64,000 bases of DNA, taken from positions 116,933 to 180,932 of the IMG/VR virus record IMGVR_UViG_3300031853_000001; one strand, given 5' to 3'. Every line of letters begins with the position of its first letter. The stretch's first letter is position 1. The translations under genes were made by a program, and so were the position numbers. This stretch comes from a virus. Lineage: Duplodnaviria; Caudoviricetes. The notes below the pieces were generated by a model. It had not been told where the DNA came from. It saw only the letters and a list, made by a program, of their open reading frames with translations, and did not search any database. Of this stretch, positions 1 to 8,311 are shown piece after piece.

Positions 1-2
1 AA

Positions 3-386
3 ATTTTTGAGCAGGCTTTTGGCGATAAGGAAGTTATTCTATTCGGTGAGGGCTATGGTCGTAAAATTCAGAAGGGCGGTGGCAAGTATATTGCCGATGG
101 CGTTGATTTTATTCTATTTGACGTTCTAATTGGTGAGAATTATCAAGAACGTGAATGGGTTGAAAGCACCGCCAAGATGTTTGGTATTAAGGTCGTCCCA
201 ATTGTGGGTGGCGGTTCGCTTGAAGACGCTGTAAATTATGTTAAGAAGCACCCTAATTCGATAATTGCGGAAGATGTACGAGAAATGGAAGGTATTGTAT
301 GTAGACCCGCTGTTGAGCTACGTGACCGTCGTGGTAATCGTATTATTGTAAAAATTAAGTGGGAAGATATAAAGGAGCTTATTTAA
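3..386 (+). CDS. ATP-dependent RNA ligase (Rnl2-like nucleotidyltransferase), 5'-truncated by window edge
   Basis: Frame open from base 3: ...ILFGEGYG...FILFDV...EGIVCRP...IVKIK, matching nucleotidyltransferase motifs III, IIIa, IV and V. Confidence 0.75.
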   Translation: MFEQAFGDKEVILFGEGYGRKIQKGGGKYIADGVDFILFDVLIGENYQEREWVESTAKMFGIKVVPIVGGGSLEDAVNYVKKHPNSIIAEDVREMEGIVCRPAVELRDRRGNRIIVKIKWEDIKELI

Positions 387-387
387 T

Positions 388-612
388 ATGAATGGATTTT
401 ATAAAGTAAAAGTTAATAATTATGGAGAAAAACCCGAAGAATGGTCTGGTGTTGTTGTGGGTAACGATGAAGGTGACCTTATGAACAAGGTTATGAAATA
501 TTATGGTCACGATAATGTAGAACAAATAAGCTTTTGGTTTGGAGAATTTTATGATAATGATGTCGTAGAATTTGACGATTTTAAGGATTGTCCATTATTT
601 GACTTTCACTAA
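388..612 (+). CDS. hypothetical protein
   Basis: 74-aa ORF abutting the ligase, RBS AAGGAG. Confidence 0.6.
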   Translation: MNGFYKVKVNNYGEKPEEWSGVVVGNDEGDLMNKVMKYYGHDNVEQISFWFGEFYDNDVVEFDDFKDCPLFDFH

Positions 613-627
613 AAATTTTGATATAAT
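599..627 (+). promoter_or_regulatory. sigmaA-type promoter upstream of the tRNA island
   Basis: TTGACT-N17-TATAAT. Confidence 0.75.
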
Positions 628-658
628 ATTTATACAAGGTGAGGGAACTCACCAATAA

Positions 659-731
659 TGCGGAGTGGCCAAGTAGTTAAGGCAATTGGCTCATACCCAA
701 TAGATCAAGAGTGCAAATCTCTTCTCCGCAA
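659..731 (+). tRNA. tRNA-Met/Ile2 (CAT)
   Basis: Acceptor TGCGGAG/CTCCGCA; anticodon arm ATTGG-CTCATAC-CCAAT; T arm AAGAG-TGCAAAT-CTCTT. Confidence 0.85.
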
Positions 732-974
732 CTCAGCGCAAAAGGAGAGCAAGCTGTTACTCCGAGTGAACTTATCGGCGCTATATAAATAGGAAAAACC
801 AATTAAATACAGTATTTTAAATGAAGTAATAACTGCCATAGAAGTCATGACCTATGATAGAAGACACTTCATTTAAAGCAACCGGTTGATTTGCGCAATT
901 AAGTCGTTAGAAGCGACTAGAGGGAGAGACCCTGACTAATAAGCAAGTCCATTCTATGAAATGGTAATGTCGAA

Positions 975-1044
975 AACCAATTAGTGTAAAGTAGCATACC
1001 TTACCAATAATAAGGAGAATCAGCGTAGCGAACTGAATTGGCGT
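975..1044 (+). pseudogene. degenerate tRNA-like element (anticodon position AAT)
   Basis: CCAAT/ATTGG partial acceptor, GTGT..GCAT D stem, CCTTA-CCAATAA-TAAGG arm, TCAG..CTGA T stem; no CCA. Confidence 0.45.
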
Positions 1045-1708
1045 ACTGGAATTTGTTGTCCAGAGTAGGCATAAATCGAGCAGCAATGCGGTAATACCCG
1101 TGCACAGGTAGCTAAATTACCCTGGCTCACCAATTATTTTAGAAGATAAGACTTGAGCTTATCTCTGGCTATGAAGCGAGTGCCGTGCCGCAGATGCGGT
1201 GCTTAGTGGAGCCTATGTGGGTTTAGCGTGTCAACCACAATGCGGATAGGTATTAACCGAAAGAAAACACGCTTTAATGGCGCTTTATCCCAAGCCTTTT
1301 CGCGGCGGCGCTATAAGTACCAAAAGGTATTATTTAATACTGAGCGTGAAACTAAGAGGGAACTGAAGGCTGTGCCAAGGTGAAAGGCTAACAGTCCGAG
1401 TGATGACCGTTGAAGCCATTCGGTGCATAGTGGTGCCGTTAAAGCGATGGATGCATACATCGTCCACTTCATTTAATGACTTGATGCTTATCAAGCTAGA
1501 ACTATCGAGGACGTGTGCGGTGGGAATGTTTGAGATTAGATGTAGATAGTTTAAGTATAGACTTGCGGTGCAAGCCTAATCAACTGGCGTTCCGCGGCCA
1601 GAATACTTTGCGGGCTTTATTGATTCGGGAGGAAGTGTCCGTAGATGAACTTCTCGGAGTAATCGCCATAATCGAATCAGCCGTGCGGCTGGCATAATGC
1701 CGCAATAT

Positions 1709-1828
1709 GGCACCGTAGTGCAAAGGTAAGCACGCCGGCCTTTGTGAGATAGGGTAAAGTGCAGTTCAACTCTGCCGTCTCGCACCACAAGCCGGTGATG
1801 CTGGGTTCAAGTCCCGCCGGTGCTTCCA
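1709..1828 (+). tRNA. tRNA-Glu(TTC) interrupted by a 44-nt tRNA-like insert (1744-1787)
   Basis: GGCACCG/CGGTGCT acceptor + T-CCA; CCGGC/GCCGG anticodon stem; removing 1744-1787 gives loop CT-TTC-AA. Confidence 0.85.
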
Positions 1829-1831
1829 AGC

Positions 1832-1918
1832 AAAGAAAAGAGAAGCATAAATCTGATCAATTTATGAGATAATGATGCCCTAACATCAAGTCTTTTCTTT
1901 AATAAATATTATTAGGGT
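1832..1918 (+). promoter_or_regulatory. three-way junction with RBS-pairing loop (RAGATH-18-like) before HNH gene
   Basis: AAAGAAAAGA/TCTTTTCTTT stem; CATAAAT/ATTTATG; TGATG-CCCTAA-CATCA loop complementary to TTAGGG at the RBS. Confidence 0.55.
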
Positions 1919-1924
1919 GATATT

Positions 1925-2566
1925 ATGAGTAGAAAATTAAGCCAACAACAATTTGAAGAAAGAGTATATAAGACATTTGGAGATAAATATTCTGTAGTAA
2001 GTGAATATTTAGGTCAAAGAAAACCTATAACTTTACATTGTAATATACACAATATTGATTTTACAGCTACTGCTGAATGTTTCATGAGACAAGCTAATGA
2101 CACTCGCTCAAGTTGTCCAGAATGTACTGCAGAAAAACGAAGACAAGAAAATAATTCTGTAAAATGTGAATGTGCTTATTGTCATAAAATTTTTTATTTG
2201 TCTCAATCTAAAGCTAATAATTCTAAAAGTGGATTACATTTTTGTTGTAGAGAACATAAAGATTTAGCTCAAAGAATAGATAGCGGTGAACAATTCGATA
2301 TAATGCGCCCGCCTCATTATAATGCAATAAAAAATGATACAGGAACAATTGGGACATATCGTATTTTAGCTTTTAGAAATTATCCCCATAAGTGCGCTGT
2401 TTGTAATTGGGACGAAGATGAAGATATATTACAAGTTCATCATATAGATGAAAATAGACAAAATAATTCTTTAACCAATTTAATTATTTTATGTCCTAAT
2501 TGTCACGCAAAAATAACTTATGGGAAATATAAATTAATTGATCGAAAACAAATTATATTAAAATAA
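1925..2566 (+). CDS. HNH endonuclease
   Basis: CAVC...VHHIDENRQNN...LCPNCH. Confidence 0.85.
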   Translation: MSRKLSQQQFEERVYKTFGDKYSVVSEYLGQRKPITLHCNIHNIDFTATAECFMRQANDTRSSCPECTAEKRRQENNSVKCECAYCHKIFYLSQSKANNSKSGLHFCCREHKDLAQRIDSGEQFDIMRPPHYNAIKNDTGTIGTYRILAFRNYPHKCAVCNWDEDEDILQVHHIDENRQNNSLTNLIILCPNCHAKITYGKYKLIDRKQIILK

Positions 2567-2579
2567 AATTAAATAGGAG

Positions 2580-2885
2580 TTGTTGTATATGGCAATCCAC
2601 GATAGAGCTTATACTCGTACAAAAAGTTGGACTAAGGCACTTCGTAAATACCACATTGATAGAGATATTTCCGCAGGTAAATGGTGGCCTATGTACAATA
2701 ATCTCCATCAATATGCTGATAATAAAATTCATTGTTCCTGTCCAATGTGTAGTGCTAAAACCAACAACAAAAAGCGCAATGGGCCTCGTGGATGGGAACC
2801 TTCAAAAAATTGGTCTATTTCAGATCAAAAGAAAATTAATAGTATGGAAAGTCAAGTTGAGGAATTAAATGATAACTTGGAATAA
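2580..2885 (+). CDS. hypothetical protein (HCSCPMC motif)
   Basis: ORF with RBS AGGAG; start may be ATG 2589. Confidence 0.6.
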   Translation: MLYMAIHDRAYTRTKSWTKALRKYHIDRDISAGKWWPMYNNLHQYADNKIHCSCPMCSAKTNNKKRNGPRGWEPSKNWSISDQKKINSMESQVEELNDNLE

Positions 2886-3063
2886 TTTTAAATGTGATTT
2901 TCCGTATCATCGTATAGATAATTTTGGCGATTATAGTGAAATGTGGTGCGGACGATTAGAAAAATATATTTCTAATTGTAATGATTGCCCATTTAACCAA
3001 AAAGAAAAAGAGATGCGTGAAGACCCCAATAATTATCAAAAATGGCTAAAATTACATAATTGA
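2869..3063 (+). CDS. hypothetical Cys-rich protein
   Basis: Overlaps upstream ORF; RBS GAGG. Confidence 0.55.
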   Translation: MITWNNFKCDFPYHRIDNFGDYSEMWCGRLEKYISNCNDCPFNQKEKEMREDPNNYQKWLKLHN

Positions 3064-3121
3064 CTTTTTCTAAAAATTATAGTATAATATATATAGTTAA
3101 GGGAAAGGAGATAAATTATTT

Positions 3122-3253
3122 ATGAATTATCTGGATGATTTTCTTGTTGGCCCGCAGAGCGATGAATATGATTGGTATTATGAAAATGAAATTCCTGATC
3201 CAGAATGGGACAGGAGATGTCGAGGATTGGATAAACTAATACTTGACAAGTAA
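3122..3253 (+). CDS. small acidic protein (43 aa)
   Basis: RBS AAAGGAG and own promoter at ~3060; below ORF-track cutoff. Confidence 0.5.
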   Translation: MNYLDDFLVGPQSDEYDWYYENEIPDPEWDRRCRGLDKLILDK

Positions 3254-3271
3254 TAAAAATTATGTTATAAT
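3243..3271 (+). promoter_or_regulatory. consensus sigmaA promoter
   Basis: TTGACA-N17-TATAAT with TG extended -10. Confidence 0.8.
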
Positions 3272-3301
3272 ATTTATAGAAACAAGGAAAGGATGATAAT
3301 T

Positions 3302-3394
3302 GTGCGCTTTACGACTCGCAAGTCTCGTACTGTGTTTTCTTCTTCTTGGAGTCGCCGCAAGCAGGCAGAGATGCTTGATGAGTGGCAGATTTAA
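3302..3394 (+). CDS. small basic peptide (30 aa, GTG start) MRFTTRKSRTVFSSSWSRRKQAEMLDEWQI
   Basis: RBS GAAAGGA behind a consensus promoter. Confidence 0.5.
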   Translation: MRFTTRKSRTVFSSSWSRRKQAEMLDEWQI

Positions 3395-3939
3395 ACGCCA
3401 GATTAGTTCAGCAAATTGCGGCCAATATTAATGGCGTTACCGCATTCCTTACTTATAGTTTGGAAGTACAAAGGTTTTGAGTAATTGAACCGGTTAAATC
3501 AATGCTTGGCGCCGGGTCCACCCTACTGGGCTCGTAAACAAATCGCGGCCAATGGTGAGAAGCGCCACCGCTATAAAGGAATGCCCCACGACGGGTTTCG
3601 TAAGTTATGTTGAAAGATATATACTAGCTTGGAATAAGCACACGCAAGAGTTGCTATAATGCGCAACAGAAAAATCCTTTATAATAGGTTAACCTACGGT
3701 CGGATGGGAGACGATAAACCCCTTTCAAGCAGTCTCTTTGGCGGTTGGACTTAAAATAAACCACCTAGGTCAGCAGGACTGATAACTATATATTATAGAA
3801 GCAATCTCTTTTATAATATATAGAAAACGCAGCCATAATCCTGTCGTTGCGGCGAACAACGATAAAAATCGCTAGTAGCCCAGATACTTACTTAAAGGGT
3901 TTTCGCCGCGTTAATCTTGGTATCGGATTGCGGTTGTAT

Positions 3940-4074
3940 CCACGCGTGGTGCAAATGGCGAGACACAGCGGACTTACGTAGGCCCAGTGGCTTGTTGGAG
4001 AGCAACACTCCTTCCTACGACCAAAATCCGCGACGCAAGATACATTGCTGGTTCAAATCCAGTCGCGTGGACCA
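3940..4074 (+). tRNA. tRNA-Leu(TAA) interrupted by a 47-nt tRNA-like insert (3977-4023)
   Basis: CCACGCG/CGCGTGG-A-CCA; GCGGA/TCCGC stem; long variable region; removing the insert gives CT-TAA-AA. Confidence 0.85.
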
Positions 4075-4077
4075 TAT

Positions 4078-4154
4078 GAGTTTGTAACCGAATTGGCATA
4101 GGTACTTGGCTCAAACCCAAGGTTTTGTGGGTTCGACTCCCACCAAACTCACCA
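4078..4154 (+). tRNA. tRNA-Leu(CAA)
   Basis: GAGTTTG/CAAACTC-A-CCA; CTTGG-CTCAAAC-CCAAG; GTGGG-TTCGACT-CCCAC. Confidence 0.9.
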
Positions 4155-4222
4155 AAATTTATATTTCGAGTGCGAATTATAATAATTTGAATTCGATGTT
4201 ATTACTTATCTAATGTAAGGAG

Positions 4223-4993
4223 GTGGTTAATATGCCACTAAAATATAAATTAGAAGAAGTATTAACAGAAAATTCTCCTGTTACTAGAAAAGTTTTAAAA
4301 GATTATTTAGCAAAATATAATGTTTTAGAATATAAATGTGCAATATGCGATAACAGAGGAGAATGGAATGGAGTTTCTTTAACATTACAAATAGACCATA
4401 TTAATGGTATAAGAGATGATAATAGAAAAGAAAATCTTCGTTGGCTATGCCCGAATTGTCATTCTCAAACTGATACTTTTACTGGGAAAAATAAAACTAA
4501 AAAAGAAGTTGTTAATTTTACAGTAGAAGAAGCTATTAAAGCATTACAACAAACTGAAAATGTAAATCAAGCAACCAAATTAATCGGCTGTGCGCAAGGT
4601 GGAGCAAATTGGATTAGAGTAAATGATATTAAAAAAAAGTATGGAATTATTCAATCTGGGGATTTAAAGAAAGAAGAAAAACAAAAGTTTAAAGAAAATC
4701 ATATTAATGCGAAACCAATTAACTCTATTAAATTATGTAAAAAATGCGGCCGTCCGTTATCGACAAAAGATGCTGAATACTGTCAAACTTGTATACACGA
4801 ATTTCAACGAAAATGTGAATGGCCTTCTCGCGAAGAACTTAAAAAATTAATTCGCTCTACACCTTTTTTACAAATAGGTAAAAAATATAATGTAAGCGAT
4901 AATGCTGTAAGAAAATGGTGCTTAAATTATGGTTTGCCATCTAAAAAGATGGAAATAAAAGCAATTTCAGATGAAGATTGGAATAATATTTGA
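4223..4993 (+). CDS. HNH endonuclease
   Basis: CAIC...LQIDHING...NLRWLCPNCHSQT. Confidence 0.9.
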   Translation: MVNMPLKYKLEEVLTENSPVTRKVLKDYLAKYNVLEYKCAICDNRGEWNGVSLTLQIDHINGIRDDNRKENLRWLCPNCHSQTDTFTGKNKTKKEVVNFTVEEAIKALQQTENVNQATKLIGCAQGGANWIRVNDIKKKYGIIQSGDLKKEEKQKFKENHINAKPINSIKLCKKCGRPLSTKDAEYCQTCIHEFQRKCEWPSREELKKLIRSTPFLQIGKKYNVSDNAVRKWCLNYGLPSKKMEIKAISDEDWNNI

Positions 4994-5044
4994 CTTTCTT
5001 TTAAAATTATAGTATAATAATTATAGTAAAGAGAAAGGATTTAT

Positions 5045-5257
5045 ATGAAAGCAAAGTGTAAATGCAGTTGTATTTGGGACTATTCTTGTAATGATATTAA
5101 AGTTGAACCTGACGGTCACGATGTTGTAGTTACTTTATATTGCCCTAATTGTGGGCATCAGCTTTTTGCTTATAGCCCTAATGACCTAATAGAAAAAGTA
5201 TCTCCTTCTTATGTTGATACTCATTGTTTTTCAAAATACACTTGGAATAATACTTGA
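5045..5257 (+). CDS. hypothetical Zn-ribbon protein
   Basis: CxC..CPNCG; promoter and RBS upstream. Confidence 0.6.
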   Translation: MKAKCKCSCIWDYSCNDIKVEPDGHDVVVTLYCPNCGHQLFAYSPNDLIEKVSPSYVDTHCFSKYTWNNT

Positions 5258-5294
5258 CTTTTAGCAGAAAATCTGCTATAATAAATATGTAAGA

Positions 5295-5365
5295 ACGACG
5301 GTAGCAGCAGTTTTAATAATAAATATTTTTAATGTAAAAATCCTTATTAGCAAAAATTCCGTCGT
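5295..5365 (+). ncRNA. stem-CAGCA cassette 1 (skipping-rope-like)
   Basis: ACGACGG/CCGTCGT closing stem, GCAGCAG, internal AT-rich hairpin. Confidence 0.5.
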
Positions 5366-5379
5366 GCTGATTGAAATTA

Positions 5380-5445
5380 AGGCGGACACAGCAAATAACT
5401 ATTTAAGCAATAATCTTTTAAATTATGTAGCTAAAATAACCGCCT
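5380..5445 (+). ncRNA. stem-ACAGCAA cassette 2 carrying a Lys(TTT) anticodon arm
   Basis: AGGCGG/CCGCCT; ACAGCAA; ATAAT-CTTTTAA-ATTAT. Confidence 0.6.
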
Positions 5446-5454
5446 AGAATTTAT

Positions 5455-5532
5455 GTGCCCGTGGCGCAACTTGGCAGACGCGCTACACTTAGGATGTAGA
5501 TTTTCAGAGTTCAAATCTCTGCGGGCGCACCA
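5455..5532 (+). tRNA. tRNA-Leu(TAG)
   Basis: GTGCCCG/CGGGCGC-A-CCA; CTACA-CTTAGGA-TGTAG; CAGAG-TTCAAAT-CTCTG. Confidence 0.9.
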
Positions 5533-5740
5533 GTCACTCCTCGCTAATGCGACAAGTCGCGTTAACATTTGTTTGTTAGCTACTGTTGGAAAACGCGACT
5601 TTAAAATACAAAGAAGCAACAGTAAATAGCTCAAACCGTATGTTGAGACTATCGTAACTATCACATTCTAGGAGTCCTGACTCGTTATTGGACTTAATAC
5701 TCAACGGAGTTGGCGCCCAAACAAATCCTAGAATGTATAT

Positions 5741-5793
5741 GGTATCAAGTGAAGAGCCTTCTCGTGGCGATACTGATTTCGACTAATCTTCAC
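5741..5793 (+). ncRNA. minimal HDV-like (theta-type) self-cleaving ribozyme
   Basis: P1 GGTATC/GATACT with G1.U wobble; P2 GTGAAGA/TCTTCAC; P3 GCC/GGC; L3 TTCTCGT; J4/2 CTAA. Confidence 0.75.
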
Positions 5794-6015
5794 AAAATAT
5801 TAAAGCGTGCTTTTCCTTGCTGTACACTTGTTGAAAAGCCAAATGTTCCCGTATGAGAATACGCAGGTTATACCTGTATATTGAAATCCCATAAGACGTC
5901 ACAAAGGAATGGATAGAAATTACAATGGGCCATTCAGAAAGTAGAACACTTTAATATTTGACTTTTTCTGAAAATTCTGGTATAATAATTACAGAAACAA
6001 GGAAAGGACAAAATA

Positions 6016-6171
6016 ATGAAGATACTTGTTGTAAATAAAGATGAGAAAATACAATTAATTCATCTCCTAAAACAAGAAATACGCAAACCTGGTTGTCCTT
6101 ATGAATTACTTACTATTTTAGAAAAACTTAGTCCTGGAGACTATGAATATCTTTTTACAACTATGAAATAA
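6016..6171 (+). CDS. small hypothetical protein (51 aa)
   Basis: Promoter at 5958-5986, RBS GAAAGGA. Confidence 0.55.
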   Translation: MKILVVNKDEKIQLIHLLKQEIRKPGCPYELLTILEKLSPGDYEYLFTTMK

Positions 6172-6194
6172 AAGAAAGGAAGTAGATACTCCAT

Positions 6195-6748
6195 TTAATA
6201 AAATGGTTGAACCAAGTGAAGAAGAGTTAACCACTCTGCTTGGGCTATCTAAATAACAGCCATACGATTTAGCGGGATACTACTAAATCGCGGCCACGAA
6301 ATCAGTAATGATTAGTGATAAGGAGAAACTCTTAATGTTAAGGATAGGCGCTTGGTTATTCGCTAACAAAAACTTGGCTCCTTGCGGCGTCGTAATAGAA
6401 AGCAGATTGAGCAGATTTGCCGAACCCAGAAAAGACTTTAAGGTGGCAGTTAAAGGGACTCTGGGAAAGCCATAAGACGTTTGGTGTCGTTGAAACCTAG
6501 AAATAGGATATAAGCAAGGTTCACAGATAAAGTAGCCTAAAACGACAATGATTCTAATAAGTAATTTAATTAGAATAATGTGCTGAATGGTTTAGGTGAA
6601 ATTTGGGAGTAATCAGTCTCCCCGTTGCTAGCCAAAAGGCAGGATGAAGAAGTTAAAGGGTCGCTACCTTTGGCTCAGCCTTCATCTTCAACGTGGTTGA
6701 ATATGTTAGAAGGATAATACAAGTACGGCGAAGGTCGCAACGGTTTTA
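6195..6748 (+). ncRNA. large structured RNA, ROOL-like
   Basis: ~550 nt ORF-free and helix-rich; the 3' part (AAAAGGCAGGATGAAG..GGGTCGCTACC..CTCAGCCTTCATC..GTGGTTGAATA..GGCGAAGGTC) resembles ROOL 3' domains as recalled; tRNA-island context. Confidence 0.5.
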
Positions 6749-6768
6749 TTAAATGGGGTATTTGCCCT

Positions 6769-6854
6769 AGACTTTAAGGTAGCATTGGAGTAATTAACCA
6801 ATGAGACAAAGATGCTCCTACATCGGCTTAAAGTTTAAAATATAATCATAGGAG
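6769..6854 (+). promoter_or_regulatory. RAGATH-18-like three-way junction/pseudoknot masking the HNH RBS
   Basis: ACTTTAAG/CTTAAAGT; CATTGG/CCAATG; GAGACAAA; GATG-CTCCTA-CATC loop complementary to RBS TAGGAG. Confidence 0.6.
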
Positions 6855-6863
6855 TGATTTAAT

Positions 6864-7424
6864 ATGCCAAGGAAAATTGATTTAACAGGAAAAATTTTTG
6901 GAATCATACAGGTAGATTCGCCAGCACCAAGTCAATCTGGTAAAACGTATTGGAATTGTCATTGTACAATTTGTAATACTAAAAAAGTAATTCAAGGTTG
7001 CGCCTTAAAAAATGGTTCTATTAAAACTTGCGGTTGTGGTTGTTCTTTTCATAAACAAAATACTTCAAAAATTTGTGAAATTTGTGGAAAAGAATTTATT
7101 CCAATAAAATTTGGCGGTGCTAGAAAATATTGTTATGAATGTTCTCCGCAAGAAGGCTCAGAAACAGATAAGCGCACAGTTATAAGACGAGCTTTAAAAA
7201 AGATGCTAGTTGATTATAAAGGTGGAAAATGTGAACGATGTGGATATAATAAATGTTTACGCGCATTAGAATTTCATCATTTAAATCCGTCTGAAAAAGA
7301 TTTTGGAATTTCTGGATGTATAACTAAAAATGTAGAAGAATTAAAAAATGAAGTTAATAAATGTATTTTAGTTTGTTCTAATTGTCACGCGGAAATTCAT
7401 GAAGAATTAGACGAGGCCCGTTAG
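6864..7424 (+). CDS. HNH endonuclease
   Basis: CERCGY..LEFHH...CILVCSNCHAEIH; stop codon lies inside tRNA-Asn. Confidence 0.85.
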   Translation: MPRKIDLTGKIFGIIQVDSPAPSQSGKTYWNCHCTICNTKKVIQGCALKNGSIKTCGCGCSFHKQNTSKICEICGKEFIPIKFGGARKYCYECSPQEGSETDKRTVIRRALKKMLVDYKGGKCERCGYNKCLRALEFHHLNPSEKDFGISGCITKNVEELKNEVNKCILVCSNCHAEIHEELDEAR

Positions 7425-7491
7425 TCCAGTTGGCAGAACGATAGACTGTTAATCTATGTCAGCGCTGGTTCAAGTCCAGCACGGGCCGCCA
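7415..7491 (+). tRNA. tRNA-Asn(GTT)
   Basis: GGCCCGT/ACGGGCC-G-CCA; ATAGA-CTGTTAA-TCTAT. Confidence 0.92.
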
Positions 7492-7771
7492 TAGTCACAT
7501 AGAGGACTTATTCTCTATGCTTGCTCAACGTCCCACTTATGTGAACGCGCGAAGTCACATAAGAGAGTCAACCCTTCCGAAGTACGAAGGAACCCCTAAA
7601 ATGGTCTGTGGGGATAAGCGGTGTCATGAACCGCCTAATGTAGCTGGCAAAGAGCATAGGTTCGTTAGGCTCCTAAGAAAAGCCTATCACCATCACGATA
7701 GCAAATAAGTGAATAAACGGATACGCGGTTAGCTGACCTTAAAGCTATTCTAATCTAGAGGAGAATAAAAT

Positions 7772-8311
7772 ATGAGTGACGTAAGACTAAAAATTTTACC
7801 TCCATGGACAGTAACAATTCGTAAGTTTGAGGCACTATTTGACGGTGACCCACAAATTGCTTGTAATTGTAATTTCTCAGGTTCTAATCCTTCTATTGTA
7901 CTAGCTTGTAATAATGGTGATAAGGTTGCTGCTCTACAGCAGATTCTTCCTTCTGAAGTTGGCTTTGGCAATATTAAGCTAAAGGTCGCGGTTGATGGTG
8001 TTCCTTCTAATCGTACTTTCAAGAGTAAGGTTGAACTATTTGACACGGCTTTCAAGGGGAATCCAGCATACGCTTATTCTGCATGTCCTGCTGAGGAAGG
8101 TTATCAGTGGATTGGGACTACTTATGTTGTATTTAATAACTGTGTAGTGCAGTTCGCGGCGGACAATCTAAATGATTGCCATGGTATTATTAGCACCCTA
8201 TATGAAACTATCGCAAGCGAACTTCTAACTGGCCCCGCTACTGATGGTGTATTTTATAATACAAATGTAGAACGTGCTGGGCTTGGTCTTTCGCTAGGAG
8301 AATGGCCATAA
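7772..8311 (+). CDS. hypothetical protein
   Basis: 179 aa, RBS GAGGAG, phage-like codon usage. Confidence 0.75.
   Translation: MSDVRLKILPPWTVTIRKFEALFDGDPQIACNCNFSGSNPSIVLACNNGDKVAALQQILPSEVGFGNIKLKVAVDGVPSNRTFKSKVELFDTAFKGNPAYAYSACPAEEGYQWIGTTYVVFNNCVVQFAADNLNDCHGIISTLYETIASELLTGPATDGVFYNTNVERAGLGLSLGEWP

Noticed and set aside
1515-1788. ORF-track ORFs 1515-1697(+) and 1576-1788(-), and similar ORFs at 5431, 7517, 8254, 9821 and 11387-11734
   Set aside because: They overlap tRNAs or structured RNA, lack RBSs and have atypical composition
3779-3827. CTGATAA-stem-AAAA resembling a hammerhead core
   Set aside because: The conserved G's of CUGANGA and GAAA are missing
7573-7595. AGTACGAAGGAAC resembling the sarcin-ricin loop
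   Set aside because: It lacks the GAGA tetraloop and folds better as CCTTC/GAAGG; too short to support
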